Shown here one piece after another: positions 8,627-18,407 of a stretch of DNA of 64,000 bases (its first letter is position 1; each line of letters starts with the position of its first letter). The notes beneath the pieces were generated by a model, which was not told the origin of the DNA, searched no databases, and was given only the letters and a program-made list of their open reading frames with translations. The position numbers and the translations under genes were made by a program. Source of the DNA: Acidimicrobiales bacterium (GTDB lineage: Bacteria; Actinomycetota; Acidimicrobiia; Acidimicrobiales; MedAcidi-G1). Where the stretch lies: the NCBI GenBank assembly GCA_029242745.1, contig JAQWTI010000034.1, positions 24-64,023 on the forward strand. The letters run 5' to 3'.

Positions 8627-9679
8627 TTGACCCAGGTCCTCGAAGTTTCTGAAATGAGTGTTTCGTTTCCCAGACGCTCCGGCCTGTTGGGGAAGTCGCA
8701 ACCGTTACGCGTCGTGGAGAACGTATCGTTTGAGGTGGGTAAGGGCGAAGTGGTGGCCCTTGTTGGCGAGTCTGGCTCGGGAAAGTCCACCATTGCTCGG
8801 GCTGTTCTGCGTTTGTTGCCAATCGACAATGGGCGGATAACTCTCGCAGATGTGGATATCACGACGCTGTCACAACGAGCCCTGCGGCCGCACCGTCGGA
8901 ACGCACAGCTTGTTTTCCAGGACCCCTATTCATCGCTCGATCCATCGATGACGGCTATTGAGATTGTCGAAGAACCCCTTCGTGGGTTTGCTATGAGTCG
9001 TGAGGAGCGCCTGCGCTCCGCCCAAGAGTTGCTTGCCAGCGTCGGCCTCGCCGGGGTTGAAGGCCGCTACCCCTATGAATTCTCAGGTGGTCAACGACAA
9101 CGGATCGCTATTGCTAGAGCCCTTGCTCCCCGGCCGGCGTTGATCATCTGCGATGAACCTGTATCCGCTCTGGATCTGTCAACACAGAACCAGATCATCT
9201 CGCTACTTGACTCTCTTCGGCAGAGTTTGGGAGTTTCTTATCTATTCATTAGCCATGATCTATCCGTCGTGCGTCGTATCGCTGATCGAGTTTTGGTGAT
9301 GTACGCCGGCGAGATTGTGGAAGAGGGACCGACGGAGCGAGTGTTTCGCGATCCTGTCCACCCCTACACCCTGGCTCTTCTTTCTGCCGTACCTGCAGTT
9401 GTAGGTGACCGGTCAAAGCATGCCAAGCGAATTGTCTTGGAAGGCGACCTTCCCGTGCCCGGAGCGCCTCCACCGGGATGCCGATTCCATACACGGTGCC
9501 CGTTTGCTATGGATGTCTGTCGCTCGGAGGTTCCTGCATGGACAGAGTTTGATCACGGCGTATCGGGAAGGTGTCATCTGCACACCTCCGGGTCAACACT
9601 AGGTTTCTCCGGTCTAACTCAGTTTGCAGAAGATGCGATGGCATCTACGGACAGAGACCGAGGTCAGACATCTATTTAA
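8627..9679 (+). CDS. ABC transporter ATP-binding protein (DppF/OppF-like)
   Basis: Starts 2 nt after the previous stop. GESGSGKST, FSGGQRQR, LIICDEPVSALD, GCRFHTRCP. Confidence 0.9.
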   Translation: MTQVLEVSEMSVSFPRRSGLLGKSQPLRVVENVSFEVGKGEVVALVGESGSGKSTIARAVLRLLPIDNGRITLADVDITTLSQRALRPHRRNAQLVFQDPYSSLDPSMTAIEIVEEPLRGFAMSREERLRSAQELLASVGLAGVEGRYPYEFSGGQRQRIAIARALAPRPALIICDEPVSALDLSTQNQIISLLDSLRQSLGVSYLFISHDLSVVRRIADRVLVMYAGEIVEEGPTERVFRDPVHPYTLALLSAVPAVVGDRSKHAKRIVLEGDLPVPGAPPPGCRFHTRCPFAMDVCRSEVPAWTEFDHGVSGRCHLHTSGSTLGFSGLTQFAEDAMASTDRDRGQTSI

Positions 9680-9705
9680 CCGGTGAGACTAAGGATGGAT
9701 TTGTA

Positions 9706-10110
9706 GTGGTACCGGCTGAGTTGTCGGACCTTTTGGACCGGCCGCTTGTAGCGGCTCTGGCCACCGAACGCCCTGACGGCACGCTGCAATGCAATCCAAT
9801 GTGGTTCCGCTTCGATGGAACTGAGATAAAGATGAGCCACACATCAACGAGGCAGAAGATTCGCAACTGGGATGCAAACACGGCTGTGAGCTTGTGCATC
9901 ACGGATCCTGCGAACACTTTTCGATATGTGGAGGTTCGTGGTTTCGTAACTGGTTTGGCGAGCGACCTTGATGCACAATTCCACCGAGAGCTTCGTGTCC
10001 GGTACGGCATGGACGCAACCAACGTTCCTGATGCCGCTGAACGTGTGGTCGTCACTATCCGGATTACCTACATCGGTGGTCGGGAGATGGCAGATCAGAC
10101 GAAAACATGA
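9706..10110 (+). CDS. PPOX-class (pyridoxamine-5'-phosphate-oxidase-fold) FMN/F420-dependent enzyme
   Basis: ORF opens at 9571 inside the ATPase gene. The GTG at 9706 has AAGGA about 10 nt upstream. LLDRPLVAALATERPDGTLQCNPMWF...VSLCITDP...YVEVRG is typical of split-barrel PPOX/F420 family proteins. Confidence 0.65.
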   Translation: MVPAELSDLLDRPLVAALATERPDGTLQCNPMWFRFDGTEIKMSHTSTRQKIRNWDANTAVSLCITDPANTFRYVEVRGFVTGLASDLDAQFHRELRVRYGMDATNVPDAAERVVVTIRITYIGGREMADQTKT

Positions 10111-10462
10111 CAAGAGTGGTGACTTGCGTCAAGTGCGTCGTGAATGAGACGGCACGCTCGCCAGAGTGATGTTCGGATTCGGACAAATGACTGCATGCCG
10201 TCATTGATTCAGCCCTGATCCGACTTTTACGGGGACCACTGTCCTCCTAGCCGCTGTCCGGTTTTACTGGTGGGCGCCTACTGGCCGCAGCGGTAAGAGT
10301 AAGGGCGCTGTTTGCGGTGGCGGAGAGCCGGCGGACAATAGATCTAGTATCGACTTGTCGAAATCGTTAAAATCTAATGTCGATCAGTATCGAGTTCATT
10401 TAGGAGCACGTCGTATGTGCTCACTGTTCCATCGGCGATGCGACGACAGCAGCGTGCCAGTG

Positions 10463-11680
10463 CTAGTGCGGTTTTGATGCGATGACGCCGGAGAGTTCGA
10501 GAGCGTTCAGTTCCTCATCGGACATTCCGAGAAGGCCGCCAAGTACAGCTGCATTGTGTTCGCCGAGAGCCGCCGGCTGATAATTGTCGATGGGCAGTGG
10601 GTCGGTGCTCTTGATGGGAAAGCCGGGGATTGTGACGTGTCCGGCAAGCGGGTCGTCGACAATGCGCACCATCTTGCGTTCGACGAAATGGGGATGTACA
10701 ACGATCTGGCTGGGGGTGAGAACGGGTCCAGCAGGGACGCGTGCCGATGTCAGTGCGTCGAGTACCTCATTATCTGTCTCGAAAGTCGCCATCCAGGTTT
10801 CGATGATCTCAGTCAGTTCATCGCGATGTTTAATGCGGTCAGGATTGGACCTGAACCGGTCGTCTTCTCCTAGTTCCGGTCTCCCTAACGCGGACCACAG
10901 ATTCGCCATCTGCGCTTCGGTGGACAAGATGACGATCCATCCGACGGGACCACGGAATGCGCCTGCTGGTGACAGGGTTGGAAAGTGTTGGCCCTGGCGA
11001 ATCGGCTCGGGCCCATCAGGGTCCATCGAGACGGTGTGAATGGACATGTCGTGAAAGTGCAACAGGGCATCAACCATGGAGATATCGAGGTGGGTGCCTC
11101 GGCTGGTTCGTTCCCTGTGGTACAGCGCATGACCGATAGCGCCAAAGGCATGCGCACCAGCGTTAGTGTCGGCGACTCCGATCCCGGCGATGGTGGGTGG
11201 CCCATCGGGATCACCGGTCATGTGCATGAGGCCACTCATGGCCTGTGCCACCAAGTCGAAGCAAGGACGCTCAGAGAATGGCCCAGTCTGTCCAAACCCG
11301 GAGATCGACACCATAATCAGGTCCGGTTTGATTCTCCGAAGATCCTCGTACCCGAGGCCTTTATGCGCCATCACCCCTGGGCTGAAGTTCTCGACCAACA
11401 CGTCGATGCGTGCGATCAGGGCCTTGATGATTGCGATCCCGTCATCGGTGTTGAGGTCCAGACACACGCTGCGCTTACCACGATTCTGCTGAATGTGCGC
11501 GCCTGCTCGACGATTGATGCGTGGGCGGTTTGACCGATTCGGATCTCCGTAGGGGGGTTGCTCGATCTTGATTACATCGGCGCCCAACTCCACCAACATG
11601 CGGGTGCAGGCAGGTCCTGCTAGATACCGGGTGAGGTCGAGCACGGTAACGCCCTCCAACCATCTCCGATCGTCGCTCAC
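10463..11680 (-). CDS. family III CoA-transferase (CaiB/BaiF type)
   Basis: GVTVLDLTRYLAGPACTRMLVELGADVIKIE N-terminus. The GTG start overlaps the upstream ACAD stop (GTGA at 11680..11677). The ORF track extends it to 11791. Confidence 0.85.
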   Translation of the reverse strand: MSDDRRWLEGVTVLDLTRYLAGPACTRMLVELGADVIKIEQPPYGDPNRSNRPRINRRAGAHIQQNRGKRSVCLDLNTDDGIAIIKALIARIDVLVENFSPGVMAHKGLGYEDLRRIKPDLIMVSISGFGQTGPFSERPCFDLVAQAMSGLMHMTGDPDGPPTIAGIGVADTNAGAHAFGAIGHALYHRERTSRGTHLDISMVDALLHFHDMSIHTVSMDPDGPEPIRQGQHFPTLSPAGAFRGPVGWIVILSTEAQMANLWSALGRPELGEDDRFRSNPDRIKHRDELTEIIETWMATFETDNEVLDALTSARVPAGPVLTPSQIVVHPHFVERKMVRIVDDPLAGHVTIPGFPIKSTDPLPIDNYQPAALGEHNAAVLGGLLGMSDEELNALELSGVIASKPH

Positions 11681-12804
11681 GCTGCTGCCCCTGTTCGAGG
11701 TTCGCGTGGAAGCTTTAAGACTCGCTCTCCGAGGATATTGCGCATGATTTCTGACATTCCGCCCTGAATTGTGTACGCCGACGCGTAGCAAATAGCGTTG
11801 GGCACGTCATCGCCAACCATGGCAGCTGGTCCGAGCACCTCTGCTGCGAACCGTGCTACCCGTTGCTCGTGCTCTGTACAGAATAGTTTAGTGCCGGCGC
11901 TGAAGTCGGTTGGGCCCTGCTGGAGAGCGCCTCTGTAGACCATGAGACGCCCCAGATGGTACCCAGACTCAATAGTTGCGATCTCTTGACGCACCCTCGG
12001 GTCAGAGCGGTCGGCATGCTCGAGGGCAAGGTCGTAGAGCGGTCGATTCGATACAAGCCGGTCGATACCTCCTCGTTCGTGGGCCAACTGGACCATGGTT
12101 TGTTTGAAGGCGGCACCTTCGACACCAACGAGATTTTCGACCGGCACCTCAACATCGGTGAAAAATACTTCGCAAAAGTGCTTGTTGCTAACCATGTCCA
12201 CGACAGGGCGCACTTCGATCCCAGCGAGGTCCATGGGAACGATTAGCTCACTCACCCCCTCATGAGGTGGCCCGGAGGTATCCGTACGACAGATCAAATA
12301 GCAGTATGTCGCTTCTGCTGCGAGACTCGTCCAGATCTTCTGGCCGTTAACTACAAAAACCGAACCCACACGTACCGCAGAGGTACTCAGTGTGGCCAAG
12401 TCGGATCCGGCGTCGGGTTCGCTCATACCGATGCACCACGTCGCTTCGCCCGAGAGTATCCCCGGAAGGAATTCTGTCTTCTGATCGTTGGTGCCATAGG
12501 TGTAAATAGCGGGGCCCATCTGGCGATCGGCTATCCAACTCGCCGCAATCGGCGCCCCTGCGCTGATCATCTCCTCGGCCATGATGACGCGTTCGATGCC
12601 TGGTCGATTGCCACCTCCGACCTCCCGGGGCCAGGTCATACCGATCCAACCTTCTGACGCCAATATCCGGGCGAAGTCCTTCGAGTAGCCGTTGATCCAA
12701 GAGTCGTGCCACTTGCCATATTCGACGACGCCGTGTTGGGCGATTTCTCGGGCTCGGTGTTGGAGATCCCTCCATTCGGGAGGCATTGCGAACTCGAGAC
12801 TCAT
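11677..12804 (-). CDS. acyl-CoA dehydrogenase
   Basis: GMSEPDAGSD and C-terminal YTIQGGMSEIMRNILGE motifs. 4-nt overlap with the upstream amidohydrolase gene. Confidence 0.85.
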   Translation of the reverse strand: MSLEFAMPPEWRDLQHRAREIAQHGVVEYGKWHDSWINGYSKDFARILASEGWIGMTWPREVGGGNRPGIERVIMAEEMISAGAPIAASWIADRQMGPAIYTYGTNDQKTEFLPGILSGEATWCIGMSEPDAGSDLATLSTSAVRVGSVFVVNGQKIWTSLAAEATYCYLICRTDTSGPPHEGVSELIVPMDLAGIEVRPVVDMVSNKHFCEVFFTDVEVPVENLVGVEGAAFKQTMVQLAHERGGIDRLVSNRPLYDLALEHADRSDPRVRQEIATIESGYHLGRLMVYRGALQQGPTDFSAGTKLFCTEHEQRVARFAAEVLGPAAMVGDDVPNAICYASAYTIQGGMSEIMRNILGERVLKLPREPRTGAAA

Positions 12805-13829
12805 GAGATTCGGTAGACCCGAGTCGCAGTGCCGGAGAAGAGGTCATCTTGTTCGGCATCGGTGTAGTCGGCGGCAATGATTTGAAACGAGTTCCAGATT
12901 ACTGGGTACGACAGCGTTTGTCGGTCGACAGGAAAGTTCGATTCGAACATGCATCGCTCAGATCCGAACAGATCGATGCAGAATCGAAGGTCGTCAGCCC
13001 AGTAGTCAGCAACTTCGCTTGAACTTGGTGGTGCTTGGCGGGTCGACCAACCGGTGGCGAAGTAATCATCCATTCCCACCCCGCCGAGTTTTAGAAATAC
13101 GTTAGGGCTGTCTGCAACACGCCGCATGCCAGCCCTCCAAGCCGCATGGGCCTTGCTGCGGATCCGTCCGTACGGTCCAACCGCCAACGGTCCTCCAAGA
13201 TGATTGAGGACGATGACTAGGTCGGGAACCGTCGTGGCCAAAGTAGCGACCTCTGGCAACTGGGGGTGATACAACCACGCATCGAAACTCAGCCCCATCG
13301 ATGCGAGTGTTCGAGCGGCAGACCGGAACTCGCTTGCGGCCATCATGAGCGGGGTCACCTTCCTGTGGCCGTTGCGGATGTCGCCGCTCGCGTCCCATGC
13401 GGTCGTGTACCGGATCCCCCGAAAGCGGCCACCACTCGCGTCGATGTGTGCGACGAGTACATCGGCGATGCCTCGTCCGAGCATCATGTCAGCATGGCCG
13501 ATGATTCCAGCGAGAATCGGACCGCCTCCAGTGTCGGTTTGATCCGCCTCTCTGGCTGCGAACGTGGTCTCCCCAATGGGCCAGAAATGCTCGGAGCGTT
13601 CCTTGTCGTAGTTGGCTCGACACTCCACAAAGATGGTTTTAACCACATTGTGGGTGCCGGTTATGTCATCGAGCAACTGCGGGGCAAGGTACGTGCTTCC
13701 ACCTCGATCCCAGAGATGATGGTGTGGATCAACGATTACGCGATCAGGATCGATTGCCCGCTCCTGGCGCAAGGCAAGCCATTCGAACCGGTCGAGTTCC
13801 AAGACGTCCTTCCCAACTTTCCGGTCCAA
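12801..13829 (-). CDS. amidohydrolase-2 family metal-dependent hydrolase (lactonase/decarboxylase-like)
   Basis: VDPHHHLWD N-terminal metal motif, NHLGGP, and ...MFESNFPVD C-terminal motif typical of PF04909-type proteins. Confidence 0.75.
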   Translation of the reverse strand: MDRKVGKDVLELDRFEWLALRQERAIDPDRVIVDPHHHLWDRGGSTYLAPQLLDDITGTHNVVKTIFVECRANYDKERSEHFWPIGETTFAAREADQTDTGGGPILAGIIGHADMMLGRGIADVLVAHIDASGGRFRGIRYTTAWDASGDIRNGHRKVTPLMMAASEFRSAARTLASMGLSFDAWLYHPQLPEVATLATTVPDLVIVLNHLGGPLAVGPYGRIRSKAHAAWRAGMRRVADSPNVFLKLGGVGMDDYFATGWSTRQAPPSSSEVADYWADDLRFCIDLFGSERCMFESNFPVDRQTLSYPVIWNSFQIIAADYTDAEQDDLFSGTATRVYRIS

Positions 13830-13854
13830 CGAATCTAGTGCGACATAATACTAT

Positions 13855-15000
13855 GTGAGCATGTTGAATGATTTAACGAGCTTGTCGGAACGCCATCGAA
13901 GTGTCGTTAGTGAGGCGAGAACTCTTGCGGCGAGTGTCGAGGCTGTGGCGATGGAGGCAGATGAGAGTTCGACGCTGCACCCGGTGGTGGTCGACGCCCT
14001 GCGCACTAGCACCCTCAGCGAACTCATGGTGCCAGCCGCGTACGGCGGTCGCTTCGAAAAGATCGACCCTCTGGCTGTTTGCGTGGCACGTGAGGCGTTG
14101 ATGAAGACCTCCGCACATCTTGATTCTCTGTTTGCACTCCAAGGAATCGGTAGCTACGCCATTTCACGGGCCGGCACTGCTGCGCAACGCTCCGAGTGGT
14201 TGCCGTTAGTCGCGCGCTGTGAAGCAATCGCGGCGCTGGCTTTGACAGAACCGGTTGCGGGGTCCGACTTGAAGGCTATTTCCACAACGGCAACTGAACG
14301 CAACGGTGAACTCGTGATCAGCGGGTCCAAGTCGTTCATCTCGAATGCCGGGGCGGCTGCGTTCTACACCACGCTTGTCAGGGAGGGTGATGGTTATTCG
14401 CTTGTGCTCGTTCCTGCTGATACGGCCGGTCTCACGATCTCACCATCTCCTGAGATCATTGCGCCTCACGTGCTAGGTGATCTGGTATTCGACGAGGTTG
14501 TCCTTCCTGCTACGGCTCGACTTGGTGAACCGGGGACAGCGTGGAAGCACGTGCTCGCTACTTTGGCTGTGTTCCGCGTTTCGGTTGCGGGTGCGGCAGT
14601 TGGGTTGATGGAAGGTGCGCTCGAAGAGGCGGTTCGACATACGCGTGAACGTGAGCAGTTCGGAAAGCCGCTCTCCCGGCAGGGGCCCGTTGCAGGCATG
14701 CTGGCTGACTCGTGGGCTGACCTTGAATCTGCCCGCCTGCTGACCCGGCAGGCTGCGGCCATGGCGGTAGACAACCCGGCCGACGCCCTGGATCACAGTT
14801 CTCTTGCGAAGCTCCATGCGACCGAGTCGGCAGGGCGGGTGGTCGATCGCTGTGTGCAGTGCATGGGCCGGTGGGGTCTTATTCGAGGATCCAAGATCGA
14901 AAAGTATTATCGACAGGCGCGGCCGATGCGTTTGTACGAAGGAGCGTCAGAGGTGCTGCGGCTGGGGGTTGCCGCCCGGCTGACTAGGGAGGTCGACTGA
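13855..15000 (+). CDS. acyl-CoA dehydrogenase
   Basis: LTEPVAGSDL and YEGASEVLRLGVA motifs. Start is GTG 13855 or ATG 13861. Confidence 0.85.
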   Translation: MSMLNDLTSLSERHRSVVSEARTLAASVEAVAMEADESSTLHPVVVDALRTSTLSELMVPAAYGGRFEKIDPLAVCVAREALMKTSAHLDSLFALQGIGSYAISRAGTAAQRSEWLPLVARCEAIAALALTEPVAGSDLKAISTTATERNGELVISGSKSFISNAGAAAFYTTLVREGDGYSLVLVPADTAGLTISPSPEIIAPHVLGDLVFDEVVLPATARLGEPGTAWKHVLATLAVFRVSVAGAAVGLMEGALEEAVRHTREREQFGKPLSRQGPVAGMLADSWADLESARLLTRQAAAMAVDNPADALDHSSLAKLHATESAGRVVDRCVQCMGRWGLIRGSKIEKYYRQARPMRLYEGASEVLRLGVAARLTREVD

Positions 15001-15752
15001 TGGACCTCGAGATTGACAGATTCGGCGTGATCGTGACTGGGGCCAGCCGAGGCCTCGGAGCGGCGATCACCAAGGCGATGGTCGCTGAGGGAGCCAGTGT
15101 CGTTGCGGTGGCTCGTTCAACGGATGACCTCGCTGTCCTCGCAGCCAGCGCTCCAGAGCGAATCGCGCCGGTGTCATGCGATATGCGAGATACAGAGGCA
15201 GTTGAGAACCTGGTCGGTACGTGCCTCGATCGGTTCGGCCGGGTCGATGCAGTTGTCAACAACGCAGGTATCGCGCCGGCGGGCAAGTTTGTCGAGACCG
15301 ACATCGCCATCATGGAAGAAGCCCTCGCCGTAAACGTGATTGGTCCTGCCGCTTTGGCACGTAGCGCAGCGAAGCACTGGATAGCGTCCGAAGAGGCAGG
15401 GGTAGTCGTTAATATCGCCTCACTGTCTGGGCTGAGGGGCAAGGCGCTGCTGTCTGGTTATTCAGCCTCAAAGGGTGCTGTAGTTCGATTAACCGAGTCG
15501 CTTGCTGTCGAGTGGGCCCGGCACAACATCCGAGTCAACACAATCGCTCCAGGGGCGTTCCAAACCGATGCGCAGGCCGCTGTCCTTGACGACCCAGCGA
15601 CTCTGGAGGCCCGGTTGCGAAAAATTCCGTTGCGTCGAATGGCCAAACCGTACGAGATCGGCCCTCTGGTGGCCTATCTAGTCTCTCCTTTATCGTCCTT
15701 TGTGACAGGATCCTGTTTTGTCATCGATGGAGGCGAACTAGCCAGGTTGTGA
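15000..15752 (+). CDS. short-chain dehydrogenase/reductase (SDR)
   Basis: ATG overlaps the previous stop (TGATG). TGASRGLG, NNAGIA, YSASKGA. Confidence 0.85.
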   Translation: MDLEIDRFGVIVTGASRGLGAAITKAMVAEGASVVAVARSTDDLAVLAASAPERIAPVSCDMRDTEAVENLVGTCLDRFGRVDAVVNNAGIAPAGKFVETDIAIMEEALAVNVIGPAALARSAAKHWIASEEAGVVVNIASLSGLRGKALLSGYSASKGAVVRLTESLAVEWARHNIRVNTIAPGAFQTDAQAAVLDDPATLEARLRKIPLRRMAKPYEIGPLVAYLVSPLSSFVTGSCFVIDGGELARL

Positions 15753-16072
15753 TGGCTCTACCAGACGATGGAGCACGAAATAGCTCTTGAATCTGCGTGG
15801 CCATCGGACGGCCCACAGATTGCCTTTTCGTTTCGGAACGACTAAAGCGGTGATTGCATCCCTGCTCTGAACGCCGACGGAACGGGTCTCTCTTCGATCG
15901 GCTAACGGGGTGGCCCTACGTTCGGTCTTGTGGCCCTTGAGTACGCGAGCAGTGACGAGGGGTGTTCGAGTTCCGTCCAACATGAGACGAGTGTGCGGCG
16001 GCAGTCCTGCTTGACAGCAACTCGCGTGGCTTGGAAACTGAGGCCAGTCGATTGAGGGGTAAGTTTTTGAAA

Positions 16073-17092
16073 ATGCATGAGTTTTTACGTCGGATTCCAA
16101 AAGTCAGTCTGCACTGCCACCTAGAGGGATCGATCCAGCCCGAGACGGTTATCGATCTGTCGGTCAAGCATGGCATCGAGTTGCCCGACTACGACGATCC
16201 AGGCGACCTGTATAGCTACTCCGACATCTACGAATTCTTAAAGATGTACGACGTCGCCGCTCATTCAGTTCGGGACCACGACGATTTCCGGCGAGTTACC
16301 TACGAAACCCTCAAGGAGGCGGCCGATCACAGCGTGCGATATCGGGAGATGTTCTGGAGTCCAATGGCGCACATGGAGTCGGACGTCGCATACGGAACTG
16401 CGGTCGACGGCATTATCGAGGGCATGCAGGATGCAGAGGCCGACTTCGGCATTCAGTGCCGCTTAATTGCTGACATCAATCGGATGGATACGGCGGAGCA
16501 TGGGTACGAGATGGTTTCCATCATCGCCGAGAACCCTCGACCGGAGCTGATAGGAATCGGTCTGGATTACGCCGAGGCTGGCAACCCGCCTGAGAAGTTC
16601 GAGGCCGCATTTCAGTTGGCTGGCCAGAACGGGTTGCATCGCACGGCGCACTGCGCCGAGGACGGGCCGGCCGCCAACATCACTACAGCACTCGATCTCC
16701 TCAAGTGCGAGCGCATCGACCACGGCTACCACATCCTCGGTGATGACGCGGTGGTACAGCGCTGCGTGGAGGATGAGGTGGTTTTCACGTGTACGCCTAA
16801 ATCGACAGAGTGGGTGTATTTCGGTAATGGCATGGCTAATCACCCGATCAAAGAGATGGTGAGCCGAGGACTCAAGGTCATGATTGACTGCGACGACCCA
16901 CCGATGTTTAAGACGGACCCGACGAATGACTACATCGAGGCGGCTGACCACATGGGCTTCGATTCAGCAGATTTCAAGCGGTTTGTGCTCAACGGCATCG
17001 ATGGGTGCTGGATTGATGACAGCACACGTCAACAATGGCGACAGTCGTTTGGTGCGGAGATCGACGAACTAGCCACGCAACTAACGGACTAG
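16073..17092 (+). CDS. adenosine/adenine deaminase-family amidohydrolase, paralog 1
   Basis: ATG at 16073 gives MHEFLRRIPKVSLHCHLEGS (HxH metal motif). Also AHCAED (HAGE variant), RIDHGYH, DCDDPPMF. The ORF track opens at 16031. Confidence 0.8.
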   Translation: MHEFLRRIPKVSLHCHLEGSIQPETVIDLSVKHGIELPDYDDPGDLYSYSDIYEFLKMYDVAAHSVRDHDDFRRVTYETLKEAADHSVRYREMFWSPMAHMESDVAYGTAVDGIIEGMQDAEADFGIQCRLIADINRMDTAEHGYEMVSIIAENPRPELIGIGLDYAEAGNPPEKFEAAFQLAGQNGLHRTAHCAEDGPAANITTALDLLKCERIDHGYHILGDDAVVQRCVEDEVVFTCTPKSTEWVYFGNGMANHPIKEMVSRGLKVMIDCDDPPMFKTDPTNDYIEAADHMGFDSADFKRFVLNGIDGCWIDDSTRQQWRQSFGAEIDELATQLTD

Positions 17093-17150
17093 GTTCGGCT
17101 CCACCCTGCTGTTCGGGACGGTCGAGAAGGCGCCAGATTGGCGGCGACTG

Positions 17151-18407
17151 CTAATTGGTGCGCTTTCTCTCAACGAAGGGTAGTGCTCGTGTTGTTGCTC
17201 TGACTTCGCCGACCTCCTCACCCGCTTCTCGCCAAGCAAGCTTGACTTCCGTCCCTGGCTTGGCGGCCCGGGGGGCGATCCGGGCAAGTCCGATGAGGCC
17301 GTTTACGTTCGCGCTCCAGGCGATGCTGCCGACATGACCGACCGGAGTGCCGTCCAGTCTCAGTTCGAGCAGTGGGAACCGCTGGACACGTCCGGGGACT
17401 CGGGGCGGGCGGCCGGATGCCTCTTGAAGCGAGACGATGTCTCGCCAGTTGACCTCGATACCAACGAGCTTTGTCTTCGGGCCGCCGCCTTCGCGTTCAG
17501 CAACGAGGGCGTCGCGCCCGATGAAATCGCCCTTGTCGAAGTCGATGAAACGACCTGCGCCGATCTCGTCGGGAGTCGCCAACCATTGCACGGACTGCGG
17601 GCCGGTGGGGTCGCTGTCTTGCCTAGGGGCGTCCAGTCCCGCCAAGGTGTAGTCGATGACTGGTAGGACGAGACCTGCTTCGATTCGACACACGTCTTCG
17701 GAGGCGTCGCCCAAGTGTTCCAGTCCGTGGGGTTTTCCGGCTTCGACCAGAGCGTCGAACACGGGGAGCGCCCCATCGGAAGGGACCCACACTTCGAAGC
17801 CGCGTTCGCCTCCGAAGCCGACGCGCCACAGCCAGACGTCCACACCGGCCAGTTGCGTCTGAGCCCCGCGACCGAAACGCAGATCACTCCAATCTTGGCC
17901 AGTCGCGGCGGTGACGATATCGAACGCTGCGGGACCCTGCAGGTGGAGATTTCCCCAGTCGGTGGTCTCCTCTTCGATCTCGACATCGAACCCTTCGCGG
18001 TGTGCGGCGAACCAGTTATCCATAGGGCCGGATGTGTAGCAGTAGCGATCATCAGCGACGCGGAAGAGGACGCCGTCGATGATGACGTGACCGTCTTCAT
18101 CGCAGAACACGATGTATTTCGACACACCAACGTCCCAGGCGTCGACGTCTCGGATAATCAGGCGTTGGAGTAATGCAGCGGCGTCAGGTCCAGAGAAGAA
18201 ATACATCGACAACGGTGACTTGTCTTCGAGGACGGCGTGCTGGCGCATTGCGATGACGGCCGCCTCGTGGTTTCCAAACTCAGCCGGTCGCACGTAGACC
18301 TTCACGCCGTTCATCCAGTCGGACCATGTGCTGGATCTGTTCAACTGGGCATGGCGCGGGGTGAACGGCGTGACCGCCAAGGAGAGTTGGGGCTCATCGT
18401 TTGCCAT
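17151..18407 (-). CDS. GcvT-family aminomethyltransferase-like folate-binding protein
   Basis: 418-aa ORF with GcvT/DmdA-like layout (...LEDKSPLSMYFFSGPDA..., GFGGERGFEVW, CRIEAGL, C-terminal barrel). Divergent from the oxygenase operon. Confidence 0.7.
   Translation of the reverse strand: MANDEPQLSLAVTPFTPRHAQLNRSSTWSDWMNGVKVYVRPAEFGNHEAAVIAMRQHAVLEDKSPLSMYFFSGPDAAALLQRLIIRDVDAWDVGVSKYIVFCDEDGHVIIDGVLFRVADDRYCYTSGPMDNWFAAHREGFDVEIEEETTDWGNLHLQGPAAFDIVTAATGQDWSDLRFGRGAQTQLAGVDVWLWRVGFGGERGFEVWVPSDGALPVFDALVEAGKPHGLEHLGDASEDVCRIEAGLVLPVIDYTLAGLDAPRQDSDPTGPQSVQWLATPDEIGAGRFIDFDKGDFIGRDALVAEREGGGPKTKLVGIEVNWRDIVSLQEASGRPPRVPGRVQRFPLLELRLDGTPVGHVGSIAWSANVNGLIGLARIAPRAAKPGTEVKLAWREAGEEVGEVRATTRALPFVERKRTN

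Noticed and set aside
15753-16072. A 320-bp spacer with ORFs 15738..16100 and 15916..16176 (minus) that might be a gene remnant.
   Set aside because: No frame gives a recognisable domain. Composition looks non-coding. Treated as the promoter region of deaminase paralog 1.
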